Of a stretch of DNA of 64,000 nucleotides, positions 59,954 to 64,000 are shown one piece after another. The notes beneath the pieces were generated by a model. It worked only from the letters and a program-made list of their open reading frames with translations. It ran no database searches and was not told where the DNA came from. The position numbers and the translations under genes are program-made. This DNA comes from Candidatus Bathyarchaeia archaeon (GTDB lineage: Archaea; Thermoproteota; Bathyarchaeia; Bathyarchaeales; Bathycorpusculaceae). The stretch covers positions 96,001-160,000 of the forward strand of contig JBEKKK010000003.1 of assembly GCA_050010755.1 (NCBI GenBank), written 5' to 3'. Numbering within the stretch: the stretch's first letter is position 1; every line of letters begins with the position of its first letter.

Positions 59954-61840
59954 ATGACTCTATGCAAACGGAAGCTGCGAGAACTCAACGTTTTGAAGCA
60001 TAGAGCGTGCGTCATACTCGTGATGCTTCTGGTGATCACGCTTGCTTCCACCGTTGTGGGCGTCAAGATTGTTCCTGCGAAGGCTCAATCGGGCAGCTAC
60101 GTGGATATCTTCACTCAGAGGGGTGGTGAGGGAGCAAACCAGTCAAGCGACATGTTTGGACCGCAAGAGATTGTCCAGTTGTACGCGGCGGTTGCAGCGA
60201 ACGAGGAACCTGTCGATGGCGTCTTGGTCACGTTTGGCATAACCGAGCCGATGCCTGTTTCGAACGGAATCGCATTCATCAGAACGGCGACAACCAATGC
60301 TAGCGGGGTGGCAGAGACGGATTTTTCGTTGCATTCTATGGGTCAGAATGAAGCCTTTGGAACTTGGACAGCTGATGCAACTGTTGATGTTGCCGGAATG
60401 ATCCTGACGGATAGCTTGACTTTCACAGTAGAATGGACGGTCGAAGTTGTTTCTGTCAGAACAGTCGATGCGAACCCCCCGAACTACAGCGGGTTCCCTC
60501 CTTCCCGCACTTCCTGGGGGGAGACTGGATGGGTCGGCCTTGAAATAGCCCTGAGGAATAATTTGATGAACATTCAGAATGTTTCTATAGCGATTTCCCT
60601 CGTTGATAATTTGTTGACGACCGTGAATTATACGCAGATAGATGGCTTTCTCATGCCCCCGAACGGAAAGATCGTCTACATCTTCAGAAACATTGGGATT
60701 CCAAAACACGCTGCACCAGGAAACGCATCAGTCCTCGTTGACGTTTTTAACCAAGAAAACGTATCGCTCTCTCCTCAAGCTTCAGCCAGCCTGCTAATAG
60801 ATATCGGCAACCCGGCTTTTCCGAATTTCATCGATGACTCAGTGGTTTACGCTTATCTAACTCCGACGTTTGTCGAAGTCGGCGGCCAGATCAACGCGAC
60901 AGTGCTCATAAGAAATGAAGGAACCGTCATTCTTAACGATATTATTGTGGACATGGAAGTCGACAACAGCATCGTGTCTGAACAGACGATTGCCTCGCTC
61001 GAGCCATACGACTACGAATTTCAAAGCGTGCTCCTGAACACCACCGGGCTCTCTGAAGGAATCCACGTTTTCTCTGTAAACGCCACCATTTTTCCCGAGG
61101 AAGCGGATCTCACCGACAACAACTACTCGGTACCCTTCATAATCGGGCCTGCTCAGACCCGAATAACTTTCGACCAATCGGGCGTGGGCCAAGATTTCAG
61201 CGGCACCATAGTCGTCGTCGACTCGGTCGGCTATTCTGCGGCGCAACTGCCAGTTTCGTTCGCATGGAGCGTCGGCTCCACCCACAGTTTCGCATTCGAG
61301 ACACCCCTTCGTGTAAACGCAAACGCCAAGCAGTATCTTTGGTCGAGCACGACTGGCCTGTCAACGGTCGAAAATGACACCATCACAGTATCAACTTCCG
61401 GAAACATAACAGGAAATTACAGGACACAATACTACCTGACTGTCACCTCGCCACACGATTCTCCCATTCCATCAAGCGGCTGGTTCGACTCTGGAAGCAC
61501 AATACCCGCATCTGTGACCTCCCCAGTGTCCGCAGATTCTGCAACCCAGTACGTCTGTACGGGTTGGACAGGCACTGGAAGCGTTCTAGCTTCTGGGTCC
61601 GCCACATCACTTACCTTCACCATCACTGAGCCCTCGAGCATAACTTGGAACTGGAAGACCCAGAGTCAAGTTAAACCATTAAAAATACCGGTTTACCTAA
61701 TTTTGCTGTTCCTCTTCGGGTTGGGGATCATCGGAGCTTTAGTCTTGTTCTTGTTCGCTGGAATCATGAGAAGACGACGAAGAAGAAAAAAGAAACTACC
61801 CGGACCTTCTTATGCGGTTATAGTTCATCCACACATTTAA
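59954..61840 (+). CDS. Membrane-anchored multi-Ig/CARDB surface protein
   Basis: N-domain related to the 53-57 kb paralogs; ends in a TM helix + RRRRRRKKK instead of a dockerin. Start may be TTG 59992. Confidence 0.85.
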   Translation: MTLCKRKLRELNVLKHRACVILVMLLVITLASTVVGVKIVPAKAQSGSYVDIFTQRGGEGANQSSDMFGPQEIVQLYAAVAANEEPVDGVLVTFGITEPMPVSNGIAFIRTATTNASGVAETDFSLHSMGQNEAFGTWTADATVDVAGMILTDSLTFTVEWTVEVVSVRTVDANPPNYSGFPPSRTSWGETGWVGLEIALRNNLMNIQNVSIAISLVDNLLTTVNYTQIDGFLMPPNGKIVYIFRNIGIPKHAAPGNASVLVDVFNQENVSLSPQASASLLIDIGNPAFPNFIDDSVVYAYLTPTFVEVGGQINATVLIRNEGTVILNDIIVDMEVDNSIVSEQTIASLEPYDYEFQSVLLNTTGLSEGIHVFSVNATIFPEEADLTDNNYSVPFIIGPAQTRITFDQSGVGQDFSGTIVVVDSVGYSAAQLPVSFAWSVGSTHSFAFETPLRVNANAKQYLWSSTTGLSTVENDTITVSTSGNITGNYRTQYYLTVTSPHDSPIPSSGWFDSGSTIPASVTSPVSADSATQYVCTGWTGTGSVLASGSATSLTFTITEPSSITWNWKTQSQVKPLKIPVYLILLFLFGLGIIGALVLFLFAGIMRRRRRRKKKLPGPSYAVIVHPHI

Positions 61841-62344
61841 CCACGAGCGTATTTCTAAGTTCTCGTCATCTCAAGATTCACCGAGTTGATCTATTCTTCA
61901 TGAAAAATGCTTCCCATTTCCAGATTTGTACAGCAACTCTCTTTAGATAAAGTCGATCGCGCACACTGTTCCACGAAGGGATCTGTAGAGTAATTTTGTT
62001 CTGAGAAACGACGGAAGGGATAGGTTGGATACGCGTACGTTTACGATCTCAGATTCTGAGTGGCTTCATGATGCAAGGACATGAACGAAGGATACCTTTG
62101 AGAAGTTCGGCAGCACATGAGCGCTTTTAGTATATCCATGCAGCATCTTAACGTTGACACAGTTAAGAAAGAATGCGCCTGGTACGTGACCTTTGGAGGT
62201 TTTTAGGATTGTTAAGTTCTTAAAGGACGAGACAGTTAACACGTGCGTTTTCTGCACTTTACTTTGGATTTTGGAATGTGTTCAATTTACGCGCAACCTT
62301 AATTTGGCAGCTCGTGATTCATTCTTATTTAAGGGAAGAAGGGA

Positions 62345-64000
62345 ATGAAGAGGATTTTTTCTTGGATATTACTGATTTTGCTTGCAACTTGCGCATTCAC
62401 TTTAGGGTTCAATGTGAGGCTTGTCCACGCGCAGGCTGAGACGGTTTACATTAACAGTGACGGAAGCGTTTCTCCGTCCTCTGCGCCCATCTCAAGTGTT
62501 GACAACATCACCTACACGTTCATGGGTAACATGACCTCTCCAACCTATGAGGGGGTTGTCGTCGAAAGAAACAATATCACGATTAACGGGAACGGATACA
62601 CTTTACAAGGAAATCAGAGTGGAGACGGCCTTTATCTGGCAAATATAAATAACACGGAAGTCGAAAACATGAATGTTGAAGACTTTCTTTACGGCATTTA
62701 TCTCAGCAGTTCTTCAAACGACACTGTGAGCGGGAACACCGTGACAGCAAACAAAGACGTTGGTATTTATCTCCTCAATCCTTCGAACGACACCGTTAGC
62801 AGGAACACTGCAACAGCAAACAGCTATGGCATCTTTCTCTCCTCTTCTTCGAACGATTACGTCTTAGAAAACAACGTAACAGCAAACAAGGATGGCATCT
62901 TTCTGAGCGCTTCTTCGTACGAGACTGTTAGCGGGAACACTGCAACAGCAAACAGCTATGGCATTTATCTAAGCGATTCTCCATACAACACTGTCAGCGG
63001 GAACACTGTAACAACAAACAGCAATGGCATCTTTCTCTACTCTTCTTCGAGCAACTTCGTCGACGAAAACAACGTAACAGCAAACAGCTATGGCATCTTT
63101 CTTTCCTCTGCTTCGAACGATTACGTCTACGAAAACAACGTAACAGCAAACAACAGTACGGGAATCGATATCTTAGGTTCTATTTTCAACACGATATATA
63201 ATAATGACTTTGTCGGAAACGTAGCCCAGGCCACAATTGACCAAACATCCCAAGGGGCGAACGTTTGGGAAGGCGCCTACTCCACAGGAGGAAACTACTG
63301 GAGCGACTACCACGGCAGGGACTTGCGCAGTGGCCCTTACCAAAACGTGACCGGAAGCGACGGCATAGGCGACACGCCATACATCATAGATGCAGCGGTA
63401 GATACTTTGGACAATGACACATATCCTTTGATGAAACCGTTCGGCCAGTCATCAACATTCGTCGTCACAACACCCAACCCAGTCCCTACCGGTCTCCCTG
63501 TCACCTGCACCGCAAGCGTATATGGATCAAGCCCAACGGGCAATGTCACTTGGACGACGAGCAGCAGCACGGGAATCTTCAGCCAGAAGGTTTGCACATT
63601 GTCCTCTGGAAACTGTTCTACCTCGTACACGGACAACAACACGGGCTACGAAACCATCACGGCAAGCTACAGCGGAGACTTGAACAACCTTCCAAGCAGC
63701 GGAAACACGACTCTAACTGTTTACGTTAATGTCGCGGCAGGGACGAACGTGACGGTCACTCCGAGGAACAATCTTGAACTGACGTTCGCCAACGTCACAA
63801 CCGCCGGTATCATCATCGCAATCGAAACGCCAACTGTCAACGCGCCCACACCGAACAATATGGTTGGACAGTTCTACAGCATCAACGTGACGGCTGGCTT
63901 TTCTGGCAGCGTGACGGTTGGCCTGGCGTTCGATGGGTCGAACATGACGCAACAGCAGAAGAGCGGTCTGCAACTGGTTCAGTACACGTCTATTCCCGGC
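62345..64000 (+). CDS. Secreted beta-helix (NosD-like) + Ig surface protein, 3'-truncated by the window
   Basis: Hand translation MKRIFSWILL...VYINSDGSVSPSSAPI, GIFLSSSS repeats, GNYWSDY, then an Ig module paralogous to ~490-735. Missing from the track because no stop occurs in the window. Confidence 0.85.
   Translation, partial: MKRIFSWILLILLATCAFTLGFNVRLVHAQAETVYINSDGSVSPSSAPISSVDNITYTFMGNMTSPTYEGVVVERNNITINGNGYTLQGNQSGDGLYLANINNTEVENMNVEDFLYGIYLSSSSNDTVSGNTVTANKDVGIYLLNPSNDTVSRNTATANSYGIFLSSSSNDYVLENNVTANKDGIFLSASSYETVSGNTATANSYGIYLSDSPYNTVSGNTVTTNSNGIFLYSSSSNFVDENNVTANSYGIFLSSASNDYVYENNVTANNSTGIDILGSIFNTIYNNDFVGNVAQATIDQTSQGANVWEGAYSTGGNYWSDYHGRDLRSGPYQNVTGSDGIGDTPYIIDAAVDTLDNDTYPLMKPFGQSSTFVVTTPNPVPTGLPVTCTASVYGSSPTGNVTWTTSSSTGIFSQKVCTLSSGNCSTSYTDNNTGYETITASYSGDLNNLPSSGNTTLTVYVNVAAGTNVTVTPRNNLELTFANVTTAGIIIAIETPTVNAPTPNNMVGQFYSINVTAGFSGSVTVGLAFDGSNMTQQQKSGLQLVQYTSIPG

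Overview
Archaeal chromosomal segment, most likely Bathyarchaeia (TACK). This is inferred from an unsplit RpoA (A'A'' fused) and RpoB, an intron-containing tRNA-Leu(CAA), many dockerin/cohesin and beta-helix surface proteins, and a hingeless SMC-like operon. Layout: (1) 1-5.4 kb surface proteins and a HAD hydrolase; (2) 5.5-20.2 kb acyl-CoA metabolism (two thiolase/DUF35 pairs, a type III PKS-like enzyme with Ser at the catalytic Cys position, an isobutyryl-CoA-mutase-like B12 operon) plus an ABC-exporter islet; (3) ~20.2-30.0 kb integrated tyrosine-recombinase element of small ORFs with a family of related intergenic hairpins, a Zn-ribbon/HNH pair and a 1-kb iteron-like gap; (4) 30.6-42.9 kb core block (SMC-like/kleisin/kite, nusA, L30e, rpoA, rpoB, tRNA) bracketed by two inward-facing ~190-bp repeat arrays sharing a perfect 66-bp inverted copy; (5) 43.8-48.6 kb housekeeping genes ending at a 10-bp-periodic array; (6) 49-64 kb cluster of secreted cohesin/dockerin modular proteins. 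No CRISPR array, rRNA or reverse transcriptase seen. All family assignments are from motif recognition by eye, not database searches.
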